Shown here: positions 1-13,000 of the stretch, in pieces
How the letters are laid out: each line of letters starts with the position of its first letter
Position numbering within the stretch: position 1 is the stretch's first letter
DNA from: Neocallimastix sp. 'constans'
Taxonomy: Eukaryota
Direction: 5' to 3'
Length of the DNA: 64,000 nt
NCBI GenBank assembly: GCA_050613775.1
Contig: JBODTK010000157.1
Span: 186,001-250,000 of the forward strand
Notes under the pieces: model-generated
What the model was told of the DNA's origin: nothing
What the model saw: the letters and a program-made list of their open reading frames with translations, nothing else
Databases searched by the model: none
Translations under genes and position numbers: made by a program

Positions 1-67
1 CGTTTTAAAATAAATATATAAACTAGATAAATTTTATATATATTATGAAGATATAAAATATATTTAC

Positions 68-1457
68 TTAGCAGTATCAACCCAATCTTCTGGTTTCTTA
101 TCTTCTGGATCATTAATTTCCTTTGGTGGGTTAACAGCTGGTCTGAAATCTTCTAAAAGATTACCAGCCTTAGCAGTCTTATTATTAATCTTAATTTCAA
201 AACTATTATCTGGACGAACGATTAAAGTATATAAGACAGTAGTCTTTTCAATCTTGGCTTGTGGTGGAGATTCTAAGTGCTTTTCTTCATATTCACCAGT
301 AAGTGGGTTCTTGTGACGGAAAATAAAGTGAACCTTGTTAGTACTACCACATCTATCTGGACCAAACACTGTTTATGAATTTTAAAACCAAAAAAAAAAA
401 AAAAAAAAATTAAAATTAAAATTAAAATTAAAAAAAAAATTTAAACATTAGTATTATTCTTCTTAAAAAATAATAATAAATAAGTACATAAAAATGATTT
501 TATAAAAATAGATAAAATTAAAAATGATAAATACTAATAACGTATGGAGTCTTATCATTATATTTCTTTGGATCGTATTCTTCATCTTGTTTCTTAATTA
601 ACTTTAAGTAAGCACCACCACATTCTAATTCATTTTGTAATTTAACTTCATATCTTAATTTTTATATAATTATATATATAAAAAGAATAAAAATATAATA
701 ATTAATATAATCATTAATAATTATTTCAAAATTATATTTATATTACATATAAAAATAATTATTTTCGTCATCTTTTTCAATTTTTATTGAATTAATATAC
801 TTACTGAACAACAAGAGTTTTTCCATCATTATCAATAACTTCTGGGAATTTAGCAGAAATAGCCTATAAATTTAAATTATTTTTTATATTTTCCTTTAAT
901 ATTAATATACATATTTTTTATTATTATTCTTCAATCTATATTTCAAAAAATTTAAATTTATTTACATGGTGAGCAGCAGCAGATTTTACAACAAGACCCT
1001 TATCACCAATGATATTCTTGTAAACAGTTGGTTCTTCAACAGCCCATTTACCGTTGTATTGTAAAAGATTTTCATCATTTTCAGTCTCAGAAATCTTCTT
1101 AGAATGAGAAACTTCCCAACGAGAATCCCATGAAGAAGTGAATTGTTCAATGAAAGGAGCCTTAATATCAGTTGGCTTTTATAAAATAATAGTAATTAAA
1201 ATAAACAATAAAATAATGAAATATAAAATGATATAAAATGATATTTTAGTATTTCCTACATATACACACTTATATTACTTTGGAAAATTTTTAAACTTTT
1301 AAATATAAATAAATTATGTTTTTATAAATATAAATTTATCTCAATTTGTACATATAATTACCTTAAAAGTTACAATTTCACTTTGAGCTTCTTCTTCAGC
1401 TAAAACTGGAAGAAGCATACATGAAAGAATACAAATAGCCTTTAAAAATCTATTCAT
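68..1457 (-). CDS. CNX1: Calnexin, 5' portion (continues beyond the left edge). Exons 1457-1362, 1175-966, 863-805, 653-535, 368-68
   Basis: GT-AG splicing gives signal peptide [20 protein letters not shown], then APFIEQF...[75 protein letters not shown] and the first P-domain repeat [12 protein letters not shown]. Confidence 0.95.
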
Positions 1458-2069
1458 TTTAACTTTTTTTTATATATATTTTACTTCTTTTTAATGTTTA
1501 TAATTAATTTTTATTATTTTTATATTATATAAAAATTTATATATAACATATAAAAATAAAACAAAAAAAAAAAAAAAAATTAGTATATTTATTACATAGA
1601 AAATAAGTATTTTGATCAAATAAAATATTCATATTTTATATATATGAATATCCATAAAATAATGAATGGTATTTTTAAAGTTTCTTTTCTATATTCTGTT
1701 TTATTTATGTAACATCTATAAAATAAATAAAATCGCATATATTCACGACGTATAAATCTCTCTATATATACTACATATATATATCCTGTGAAATTAAAAA
1801 TAAATTTTGTTCTTAGATAGCAATACTTTTACTTTTCATACTTGCCATTATTAAAATTACAATACGATTTAGACAAAAAAAATAACATCAAGTATATATT
1901 AATTTATTTGTTTATTTATTTATTAATTTACTTTATTATTCTTTAATTTTCTCTTGTATAATAGAATATTTATTTATTTATTTATTTAATATTTATTTAC
2001 TTTGTTAAATTATTTTTTTTTTATTTTTTTTTTTTGTTGTTGTTGCTGTTGTTGTATTCAATTTATTTC

Positions 2070-2113
<44 letters not shown>

Positions 2114-3019
2114 AATCATATTTTTATTTATTTATCAATTATTTCTTTTTTTTTTTTTTCTTTTACAATTAATTGTTTTATATATACACCATCCTATTGC
2201 ATATTATACAATAATAATTTCTTTTTAAAGCAGTACATAACATATATCATTTCCTTATATTTAAAAAAATATATACATATATATACACATTACCTTTTTT
2301 TTTTTTTTTTTGGTTTTATTGAAGATATTAAGAAAATAAAAAAAAAAAAATCAAAAGTGTTTTTATTCAAAGAAAAGAAAATTTAAGAAATTTTAATTGT
2401 ATTTATTTAAAAAATTTTTTTTTCTACTTATTATTAATTAATTTATTAATTATAAATAATTTATTTATTTTTTATTTGTTTGTTTATTTATTTATTTATT
2501 TTATTGAATAATAAATTAATATATTTTTTGATTTATTTATTGATTTTTCATTAATTAATTATAATTAGATGATTAAATAATTAATATTAATATTTATGTG
2601 GATGATTTATATATATATAAATAAATAAATTAATTTTAATTAAAATAGTTTAACCATATAATAAAATATTATTCTAATATATTTTAAATTATTAATGATT
2701 TAAATTTTTTTAGTTTTATTTGGTTTTAAATAGTTATTGGAATTGGAATAGTAGTACTTTACACCAATTTTATAATTTATTTCTATAATTCTCAATATTT
2801 CTTATATTTCAATCAACATGTATCATGGTTGTATCCTCAACGGTGATGGTAAGTAGATTACAGAGAAAAATTATATACATTCAAATTTATATCTAAATAC
2901 AATTAAAATAGAGAAAATATGGGTATGAAATATCTATTTAAAAAAAATATTTAAACAACAAAACAACATTAAAATAAATAGTAAATAATAGATAATAAGT
3001 AATAAATAATAAAAAGAAT

Positions 3020-3470
3020 TAAAAGAGTTATTTATTAATAAATAATAAATAATAAATAATAAATAATAAATAATAAATAATAAATAATAAATAATTAATA
3101 ATGAATTATAAATAATAAATAATAAATAATAAAAAGAGTATTTATTAATAAATAATAAATAATAAATAATAAATAATAAATAATAAATAATAAATAATAA
3201 ATAATAAATAATAAATAATAAATAATAAATAATAAATAATAAATAATAAATAATAAATAATAAATAATTGAATAATAAATAGATAATAATAAATAATAAA
3301 TAATAAATAATAAATAATAAATAATTAAATAAATAAATAATAAATAATAAATAATTAAATAAATAAATAATAAATAATAAAAAAGAGTATTTATTAATAA
3401 ATAATAAATAATAAAAAAGAGTATTTATTAATAAATAATGAATAATAAATAATAAATAATAAATAAATAT
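3020..3470 (+). repeat. (AATAAAT)n satellite punctuated by AAAAGAGTATTTATTAAT
   Basis: Visible heptamer array with variants of the core motif near 3021, 3131, 3379 and 3413. Confidence 0.85.
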
Positions 3471-4346
3471 ATATTAATTATAAATGAATTTAATAATATT
3501 TGGATACAAAAGTAAATAAATATATGGAATAAAATTATAAAACAAAAACCAATTATAAATTGACATATATTTTTGTATTTCTTATTAGTTAATGTATTAC
3601 ATTAATGTATACATTTTTTAGTTTTTTTAAAAAAAATTTTATTTAATTAATTTTTAAATTTTTTTTTTTCTATTTCGTTCCATCAAAAATGAAAAAAAAG
3701 AAAGAAAGAAAAGGAATAAAAATATAAAAATGAATAAAAACAAAAATGAATTAAATAAATAAATAAAAAAAAAAAAAAAAAAAAAAGAATTAGAAGAAAA
3801 AAAAACTTTCATATTTCTTTAATAATTATATAATAATTTCTTATTTATATTTATAATCATACTTAATAAAATAAATAGATACAAAGTTCTACTATTATTG
3901 TTTTTTTTTTTTTTTTAATTAAAAGCACATAATAGTGTGAACGTTATTTTTAAATTTTTTTTTTTTTATTTTCTAATCTTTAAATTTTTATATTTTTTTA
4001 ACATTTTGAAATAATCATTTCTTTTTTAATCTACTAAAAATCTTATCTATTTATATGAATAATAGTTAATACTAAATTTCTACTTAAAAGGATGAACAAA
4101 TCATCCAAACAACTATTCATCCACTATTAAAATTATTAAAATTAACCACTTTAAAAAAAGGATAAAAAAAAAAAAAGTGATTAGGATTAGATTATTAATT
4201 AATAATATTATTTTTCCAGAAATAATTAAACTTTAAGATCGGTCGTACATAAAAGCAGTAAAACAGTACAAACTATTGATTTGATCTAGTCATTAAAAAA
4301 ATTTATTTTATTTTATTTAATGAATATTCATTTATTATTATTATTA

Positions 4347-4377
<31 letters not shown>

Positions 4378-4569
4378 TAAGCTGATTATTTATATATAAA
4401 CAAATTAATTAATTATTTAATATCTATGTAATAAATATAATAAATATAATAGATATAAAAAATTATAATAAATATATAAATATAAAACAATTTTAAAAAG
4501 AAATGATTAAAGCGAAATTTTAAATAAATTTTTAAATATATAAATAAATAGAAATATAATTTATCCACA

Positions 4570-4644
4570 GCCATGTTGGTCCAGTCGGTTAGGACGATAC
4601 AGGTCACTGTAGAGGGCGGGGTTCGAATCCTCGGCATGGCACCA
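4570..4644 (+). pseudogene. tRNA-like head of the SINE with abnormal anticodon loop; ends in encoded ACCA
   Basis: Acceptor GCCATGT/GCATGGC, D stem GTCC/GGAC, T stem CGGGG/CCTCG with TTCGAAT loop. The anticodon arm TACAG-GTCA-CTGTA has only a 4-nt loop containing GTC (Asp-like), so it is unlikely to be a decoding tRNA. Confidence 0.8.
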
Positions 4645-5012
4645 AATAATCGGATGAGGTTTCTATCCTGGGATATCATGAGACCACACGTGATGTCCAT
4701 AAGGCTTTCCCTCAGATGATTATTTCACCCAACCCTGATACTACGCTTTGAATTGAAGCATAGACCTTGATGATTGTAAAATTTCCAATCGCCAATGATT
4801 ACACCCACTAGGGAGGAGTTAATGGTTCCGTTCTGATGCTCGTGGTCATTAGAGATATATGTAGGAACGTTAGGAATGCATCTCCGGGCAGTGTGTAACG
4901 ACGATTGAGAGCGGCGAAGCTGATACAGTATGCCAATAACTCATCACCTTACAGTTAATTAATAACTGTATGGCCATATGGGAGATGGGTACCCATATGT
5001 GCAAGTCTATGT
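4570..5012 (+). mobile_element. tRNA-headed SINE-like retroposon, 443 bp
   Basis: GC-enriched island flanked by the exact 15-bp direct repeat TATAATTTATCCACA (4555-4569 and 5013-5027). It begins precisely at +1 of a tRNA cloverleaf with A box TGGTCCAGTCGG and B box GGTTCGAATCC. Confidence 0.85.
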
Positions 5013-5160
5013 TATAATTTATCCACATTTTTAAATTTTTTAATTTTATGTTATAAATTAAAATTCAAATAATTCTTATTACAAATTACTTCCATAGTAT
5101 ATCATCATATATGATAAAACATTTTTTTCTTTCAAAGTTTTAAAAAACCTTTTTAAAATT

Positions 5161-5206
<46 letters not shown>

Positions 5207-5702
5207 TATTCATTATCTAAAATTAATTTTTAAATAATTTTGAAAAAAAAAACTTCTGACAAAATATATTATATTAAAATTATTTTTTTATAAAAGTTAT
5301 GTAAAAAAAAAAAAAAAAAATTTAACAAATTGAAAATAGAATAAATAGGATGACCATTAAGCTCTCCATAGAAATAAAAGAAATTATTATCACAGTAGAT
5401 TCAATATATGAAGCTTTTGCTAGGTGAAAAAAAGGTGGTGTGTTTTCTGTTGATGGCTTGATGAACTTTAAAGATGAATAACATAAGAAAAGCAATAATG
5501 GTGTTCTTCTATACTAAATTTGTATAAAGAATCAACGTTACTTCTGATAACTCTTTTATTTTCTAATGTACTTGTCATATTACTTTATTCCAATTATTAT
5601 ATTTATGTTTATAATAAACATTATTAAAATTACTTTTAAAAAAAAGTTTTTTTTTTTTTTTTTTTTAAATATCATTACGACTTTTTTTTTATTCTCTTAT
5701 TT

Positions 5703-6077
5703 AAATAGTTAATAAGATAATAAAAATTTATTGTATTTATCTTTTTATAAATAGAATAATCCTTGTAGTAAAAGTGTAAGAAAAGGCCCATATATATATA
5801 TATTAAAAAAATGAAATACTTTTTTTTTTTTTTTTCTTACTTTAAAAAACTTAGGAATTAAAAATGGTTAACGAACGACTATTTTTAATTAATAAATAAT
5901 GACATCAAGGTCATTAAAATAAAAAAAAAAAAAAAAAAAAGAAACATGTTTATTTGATTGTTATTATTAAATAGTTAGCAAGATAATGAAAATTTATTGT
6001 ATTTATCTTTTTTTTTTTTTTTATAAATAGAATAATCCTTGTAAGAAAAAACCCACATATCTATTAAAGAAATGAAA

Positions 6078-6114
<37 letters not shown>

Positions 6115-6241
6115 AAAAAGCTTAAGAATTAAAAATGGTTAACGAACGACTATTTTTATTTAATAAATAATGACATCAAGTTCATCGAAATAAAAAAAAA
6201 AAAAAAAAAAAATGAAACATATTTATTTGATTGTTATTATT
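5703..6241. repeat. Diverged tandem duplication, ~266-bp unit x2
   Basis: AAATAGTT...AAATGGTTAACGAACGACTATTTT...TGACATCAAG...TTGATTGTTATTATT occurs starting at 5703 and again at 5969, with several substitutions. Confidence 0.9.
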
Positions 6242-6516
6242 GAAAAGTTTTTTTTTTTTTTTTTTTTTTTTTCTAGAGTTTTTAATTTTTATTATAACAA
6301 CCATAAATAGTAATTAGTAACTAATAACGAATAATAATGAAATAGTAAATAATTAAAATATTAATAATAAGATGCTCGAGTAAGCCCTAGTAGTCCTGCA
6401 AAAAAAAAAAAAAAAAAAGATAAAATACGAAAAATTAATGAATAATTTAATTATTAATAATATGCTTGATAGGTTTAATTAATCTAAAGATAAAATTAAA
6501 TTCTTACACCAAAAAG

Positions 6517-6552
<36 letters not shown>

Positions 6553-7552
6553 AATAATCGACCAGAAATGATTTGGTTCTTAAACAAAAAAAAACATCCC
6601 AATTCCCTTTTTTATAATTTAAATCAATAATTGTCTGCATCTCTTTCCACCAAGAAGGAAGTTAAATAATAATCGGTACCATGTCACATATATATTTTAC
6701 ACATTCATTATTCGTAAAATTACTTAAATTAACACGATTCTCACCAATTGAACTATTCAGTACATTATTAGTAATGATACTATTATATTCATTATTACTA
6801 CTAATATTAAAATTTCTATTTTCTCTATCACTAATTCTACTAAATATTAACAATATTATTTCTATTGTTATTATTAATAATATTATATATTTTTGTTACT
6901 ACTACCAGAATCTGTATTTGATTCTATATTATTATTTATATCTGTGAGAACAGTGTTTACATTACCATTTGATAGTGGACAATATTTGGAAATTATAAAA
7001 AAAAAAAATTTTTTTTTTTTTTTTTCATAAAGAATTTCAATTATCCTTAAAAAAATTTCATTTGAAATTCACGGAAAAGATAGCATTTAGTAAAACCAAT
7101 GTTCCAATCGAGGACTACGATATTTCCTGTAATAACAAGGACACCTTTCTGGACAGTCGTCTTCACAATCATCTTGGCAGCTATGGCAACACAAGCCTCG
7201 AATTTATTATCCACATCTGGCACGAAAGTATCCATCGGAAGCCTTCTAAAACGATTGGGAAAAATTAGATAATTGTTCAAATATATCATTTTGAAATGTT
7301 TTTTTTTTTTTTTTTTTTTTTTCCTTATTACTTGGATATTGATTTTTTTTTTTTTATACAGAAAAAAACTATTAAATGTATTCCTAATGAGTAAAGAATA
7401 AAAAGTTATTCAGATTATAATTAAAATTTTATAATCATTTTAAAAAAAAAAAATCTTTAATAATAAAAATAGAGTTATTTATAAATTATTTAGATATTAT
7501 TATTATTATTATTATTACTTTAATATATAAATATATGAATAATTATATATAT

Positions 7553-7586
<34 letters not shown>

Positions 7587-8034
7587 ATCTTAAAATAATT
7601 TTTTAAATTAGTTTTTCAATGTTCATTCATTTATTTTATTTAATATTATTTTATTTTATTTAATTTTATTTTTTCATTTTTATTTCATTTTTATTTTATT
7701 TTTATTTTATTTTTATTTTATTTTTATTTTATTTTTATTTTAATTTATTTTTAATTTCAATTTAATAATAATCTAATTAATAATAAATAACTTAATGATT
7801 TATATATATCCACAAAAAAAAAAAAATATATATTCTAATTATTTCTATAGACTATCTTTCTAAGAATATTATTAATCATTATAATAATAAATATTATTAT
7901 TTTTCTTATGTTTCTCCTTTTTTTTTTTATTTTAAAAAGAATAAAATAATTTTTTTTTTCTATATGATAATAGAATTGTAGGAGAAAGTTTGTAGAAAAA
8001 AAAATCTTTTTTTTTTTTTTATTTTTTTTTATTT

Positions 8035-11000
8035 TTAAAGCCAGATTTGAGAACAGACAGTATTCATCTTATTACAGATATCATTAACTTCATCAGACCA
8101 AGGTTGACTCCAACATTCTTTAGCCTTAGCATAGCAATCATTAGATTTATTGGTCTTACAAGTCCAATCATTAGAACTACAGGAAGTCCAATTTTGTTTA
8201 AAGAAGTCATCATACTTGTTCACTATCACTGGGTCTTTCCTATAAAAATATATCATAATAATAATAATAATAATAATATAATACAAAAAAAAAGTTTTTT
8301 TTTTTTTAATTAATTAGTTAGAAAATATTTATATAAAGATTAATATAATATTTAATATTTAATATTAATTATATATTTATATTTATATATATATTTATAA
8401 TCTTTTTTTTTTTTTTTTTTTTTTATCATTATTTTTTTTTTTATCATTATTTTTTTTTTTATCATTATTTTTTTTTTTTATCATTATTTTTTTTTTATTT
8501 TTTCTTTTTTTAATTTTATTTCTTTTTTATTAGAAAATATTTACTTGACATAGGTCCAAATATTGGAACAGATGGTATTCATTTCATTACATAATTCAGT
8601 ATTTTCAGGATAAGGAACTCTTTGCCAGCATGAATTTACGCTTGAGTAACATTTGTCAGATTGGATCTGTTTACATTGGTACTCTTGGTTTCCACAGAAG
8701 TACCAGTCAGTTGCAAAGAAGTCAGCATACCGTTGACGGTATGTAGTATCTGTTGGGGTAGTAGTGCTTGAATTGGTTGGAGAGAGGATAGAAGTTGTCG
8801 TACTTGTTGGTTCTTGATGAACTGTTGTAACTGGGGTTTGATAATTGATTGTTGTTGTTGTTGTTGTTTGTTGTAAGGTAGAACTCCCGCCGCCGTTGTT
8901 ATCCCATTTTATGGGAGGATTCAATTTTACGGTTTGATGAGTCGCACCATCAACGGTTACCCAAACCGTTAAGGGATCATTACCCAATTGTTCATAAGTG
9001 AATCCGGATTCTCTGACAACGTCAGCTGGAACGGTTAAGGGAAGGACACATTGAGTTGCCGTTGGGGTAGAAATAAGAATTTCGGTAGCATAGCCATTCA
9101 CAATGGAAATTTTATAACTGGCATTACATTGTTTTGCCTTTAAGCGATCAATACTCAATTTATTGAGGTCATCTAACTTCATGGAAACCAGAGGCCAATT
9201 AGCATATTTATTGTAGAGGTCGACGACCGCCTCGATCCAGTGTTGTAATAAACTCTTATGATTATTGGAATCGTCACTTCTAAGGTTAGCTTGATGGAAT
9301 TGATGGGCCTCGTGACGAAGCAGCATAATTAATCGCAAGACACGTGTACTTTCACGCTCCAACAATTGGCTCCAAGTGCTTTCACCTCCGAAGTAGCTGT
9401 AGTACATCGAATTATAGATGTAGGTATTTTCTTCAGGGGTACTGGCATAGTAATAAATTTCAGTGGGGGAACGAGCCACAATAGGGAAATCCGCGAGATG
9501 ACTAGTTTTTTCGGTAGTGATGAACGGAAGGTAAGGGTTAGCGGTATTGGTAATATCAGAACGTGATATATCCCCGGTAGCAGAGTAGATACCATATTGT
9601 CGGAAGACCTCCAAGGCATCTCCGTTATGCAGGCCAGAAATTTGAGGGGTGATAATGGAAGCGCCTGACCACCATTCTTCACCGACGAGATCTAATTTTT
9701 TAGCGACCTCAATGTTCACACGAATTTCATTATCGACATCGGTTCTGGAAGCATTATCCAAATTTTCATGAGTGAAAGTATGCGAACACCAAAAGAAGTT
9801 TGCACGATTTTCCTTGACCTTAAAGTACTTATACAATTCATCTTTGGCAAGGTAGTCCTCTGTCCAATTGGGTTCATAATGTTCGACGGGCCAGTTCTTC
9901 ATGCCTTCTCCCATGGGTTTAATGAAGTCAAGGGCGACGTAGCGATTACCATCCACCATAAGTTGATCTTCAGGAGGCAATAGACCATTACCATTGAACG
10001 CTAAATCAATATCAAATCTGGAGCCAGCAGGCATTTTTTGAATAATTTCCTTTTTAAACTTGAGATAATCTTCAAAATCCGCTTTTGATACACGGAATTC
10101 ATGGTCATTGAGAACAATACCCGAATCATATTTTTGGGCGGTGGAAACCAAATTAGTGGAGATGAAGACATCATCGATATGAGGACAGAAAGTGATTCTA
10201 CGGATACCGTTGTAGAGGGTATGAGTACCCCAATGAATCCATAGGTGATTTAAAACAATGGTATCGAGAGACCAAGAAGCCGTTGGAAGATAAAAGTTTA
10301 AACGTTCACGACCATCTGCTAATTTTACGTAGGTAGCCCCCACCGTTCTATCAGGAATTTCAGCACATGGTTCAAAGTAGAAAACAGGAGTAGCAACGCT
10401 GGGATCCGAAATAAGTACTGGGGTATGATAGAAATTATTACTATTAATATTATTTTTTGAAAAAAAATAAAATGATTTAGTTGTTATTTAGTATATTTTA
10501 ATAATTTAAAAATATATATATATATATAATATATATATTATTGTATGCATATGTATAAGTAACAAATAATAATAATGATAATAATAATAAATAATTGTAA
10601 AAATTAATATAATTACTAAAATCAAAAACTGATAATAAATAATAGTAATTAAATATAGTAATTAAATGTATTATAGTAATTAAATACTATAATACACTAA
10701 TTACTATTACTAATACAAATAATGACTAATAATCATAATGAGTAATGATTAATTAATAGTAATACTAATTATATGAATTATGATAATTATATTAATCATA
10801 ATAATTGTAATCAATAATAATTATATTTATAATAATAATATTAGAATAATAATAATAATAACAACGACGACGACAACAACAACAAAAAATAATAAAAATA
10901 ATATGAATGATAATAAATTTTTATTATAATAAAAAAAAAAAAAAAAAAAAAATATACTTTGTAGCAATTGGGGCATCCTTTTTAATACCAGCTTTTTTGT

Positions 11001-11484
11001 AGATATCATTAGCGATGTCATTATCAGCACCAACAATTTTTTGAATGTAGGTATTCCCCCATGAAGCGACATCATAAATTTTAGTTCCCGTTTCAGCTTC
11101 AGGGGTATCTGAGAAGGTCACACGACGGATATTATAGGTTTGTTCATAGTTGCTTAGATAGGACCATTGTTCATCGGATAGAGAAGAAGTGTAGCTACCA
11201 TCAATCGTAATTGAAGAGAGATGACCGGAAGTGATGATGATTAAATAATATTTTGGATTTCCTCCTTCATCAAAGAGAGGTAAATTTCCTTCCAGGACAT
11301 TATTTGTATTATTAATTAAGATATCATCATGATCAATACCATAGGATTCTAAACCGTATACAATATTTTGGAAGGTTTCATCCTCTTGAGTATGTAAAAT
11401 TAATGTCTTTAACCCAATAGTGTATGAATGCACATAAGTAATGCAAAAGTAAGTCAACAGTAATATTTTAAATATTATATTCAT
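8035..11484 (-). CDS. Secreted Agd3-like (CE18-type) polysaccharide deacetylase with Thr-rich linker and two C-terminal six-Cys modules. Exons 11484-10958, 10440-8545, 8239-8035
   Basis: Signal peptide MNIIFKILLLTYFCITYVHS. Motifs RRITFCPHIDDVF, LAFNGNG, WCSHTFTH, TPQISGLHNGD, FHQANLR and WPLVSMKLDD resemble Aspergillus Agd3 motifs as I recall them. Both introns are phase-2 GT-AG and join in frame. Confidence 0.8.
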
Positions 11485-13000
11485 TTTTTTTTTTTTTTTT
11501 TTTGTATTATTTATTTATTTATATATATATATATATTTAATTTTTTTTTAATTTCTTTTTTTTCTCTTTTTTTCTTTTTTTTCTATTCTTTTATTATCAA
11601 ACCTCAATCAATTATATTTATAATTATATATTTCTACTTATGTAAGTAGATAATATTAATTTAACAAAAAAAAAAATTTAAAAAAAAATTTTTTTTTTTT
11701 TTTTTTTTTTTTGAAGCTTCTATTATGATATAATTAATAATTTTACTATTATTATATATATATATATTTTTTTTTTTTATTTAATTATTTTAATAATAAT
11801 TATAATAATATTTATATTTTATTTTTATTTTTATTTTTTATTATTATTATTTTTTTTTTTTAATTATATATATAAATATATATTTTAAGCATTTTGTCTC
11901 ACATTCATTTTTCAATAAATGTTTAGTAAATAAAATTTTGTATAATAATTTCTGAAAAGAAAAAAAAAAAAAAAAAATTAAACGTTAATTCAATAAATTT
12001 TTTTTTTTTTTTTTTTTTTTTTAAATATTTAACATCTTAAAAAAAAAATAATAATAATAAATAAATAAATAAATAAATTTAAATTGAATAAATAATTAAA
12101 ATAATCTTTGTGTTATTTTATTTTATTTTATTTTATATTTTTCTAGGAAAAAAAAAATTATTATAAAAATATTAATAAAAAATAGTAAAAATATTAAGAT
12201 AAAGAATATTCGTTTTAACAATTAATTTTTTTTTTTTTTTTTAAAAAAAAAAATATTTTAAACTAATACTTTATTAATTTTATTAAATAATATTTTTTTT
12301 TTTTTTTTTTTTATTATATATTTTTTTATTATATGATCAATATATATATATATATATATATATTTTTATTTTTAAAAAAGAAATTTATAATCATTTTTCC
12401 ATATACAATACAAAATAATATCAATATTTAAATATATTAATTTTGAAAACACATATAGAAACAAAAATATTTAAAAATTATAGATATAGATATATAAAGA
12501 AAATAGAATTTATATAATTAATAATTTTTGTATTTGTAAAATAATAAATATAGAGCTATACATTTATTAATAGTCTAAGAAGTAAAAGAAATCCCTGGAA
12601 AATTATATATAGATTTCATAAAGTATAAATATTTACATTAAATAAAAAAAAAAAAAAATTGACTTTCAATAACTCTAAATGACTTTTTTTTTTTTGGATA
12701 AATAAATAAATAAATAAATATTAAATTAATATAAAAGTGTATCCCATGCTAATAATTTACTAGTAATTTCTCTTTACAAAATAAAAAAAAAAATATATAT
12801 ATATATTATATATATATATGAAAAATAAAAAGATTTATATAAACTTTTTATTTTTCAAAATGTTATTTATATATATAAAACTTTTTTTTTTCTAATAAAT
12901 ATTTAATGGATTAAAAATAATAAATAATAAATAATAATAATAATAATAATAATAATATTAATGAAAAAAAAAAAAAAAAAAAAAAAAAAAACAGAAATAT

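Noticed and set aside
1741..1752. ACGT-core element (CACGACGTA) upstream of calnexin as a UPR element
   Set aside because: Single short partial match. Plausible but not supportable from sequence alone.
2815..2856. Short GC-richer patch ending in a strong GTAAGT donor
   Set aside because: No partner exon or recognisable peptide found.
4561..4569. TTATCCACA, a perfect bacterial DnaA box, occurring twice (also 5019-5027)
   Set aside because: Both copies are part of the 15-bp target-site duplication, so the match is coincidental in a eukaryotic genome.
4570..4644. Functional tRNA-Asp gene
   Set aside because: The anticodon loop is not 7 nt, there is no oligo-T terminator right after it, and it is embedded in a TSD-flanked element.
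4413..4700. 95-aa minus-strand ORF
   Set aside because: It is antisense to the SINE head and runs into low-complexity AT sequence.
4645..4960. Hammerhead ribozyme in the SINE body
   Set aside because: CTGATG/GATGA-like words occur, but I could not assemble a CUGAUGA...GAAA...UH core with three stems on either strand.
5341..5400. NFFYFYGELNGHPI (minus strand), reminiscent of the start of a retrotransposon aspartic protease
   Set aside because: No following D(S/T)G motif and too short to support a call.
8035..8735. Fungal dockerin, CBM1, CBM18 or CBM52 assignment for the Cys modules
   Set aside because: The cysteine spacing and signature residues do not match these families as I recall them, so the module is left unassigned.
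9329..9983. Overlapping alternative-frame and antisense ORFs inside real genes (also 17062, 17558, 37008, 41293, 55706, 56261)
   Set aside because: These are shadow ORFs of coding exons with no independent support.
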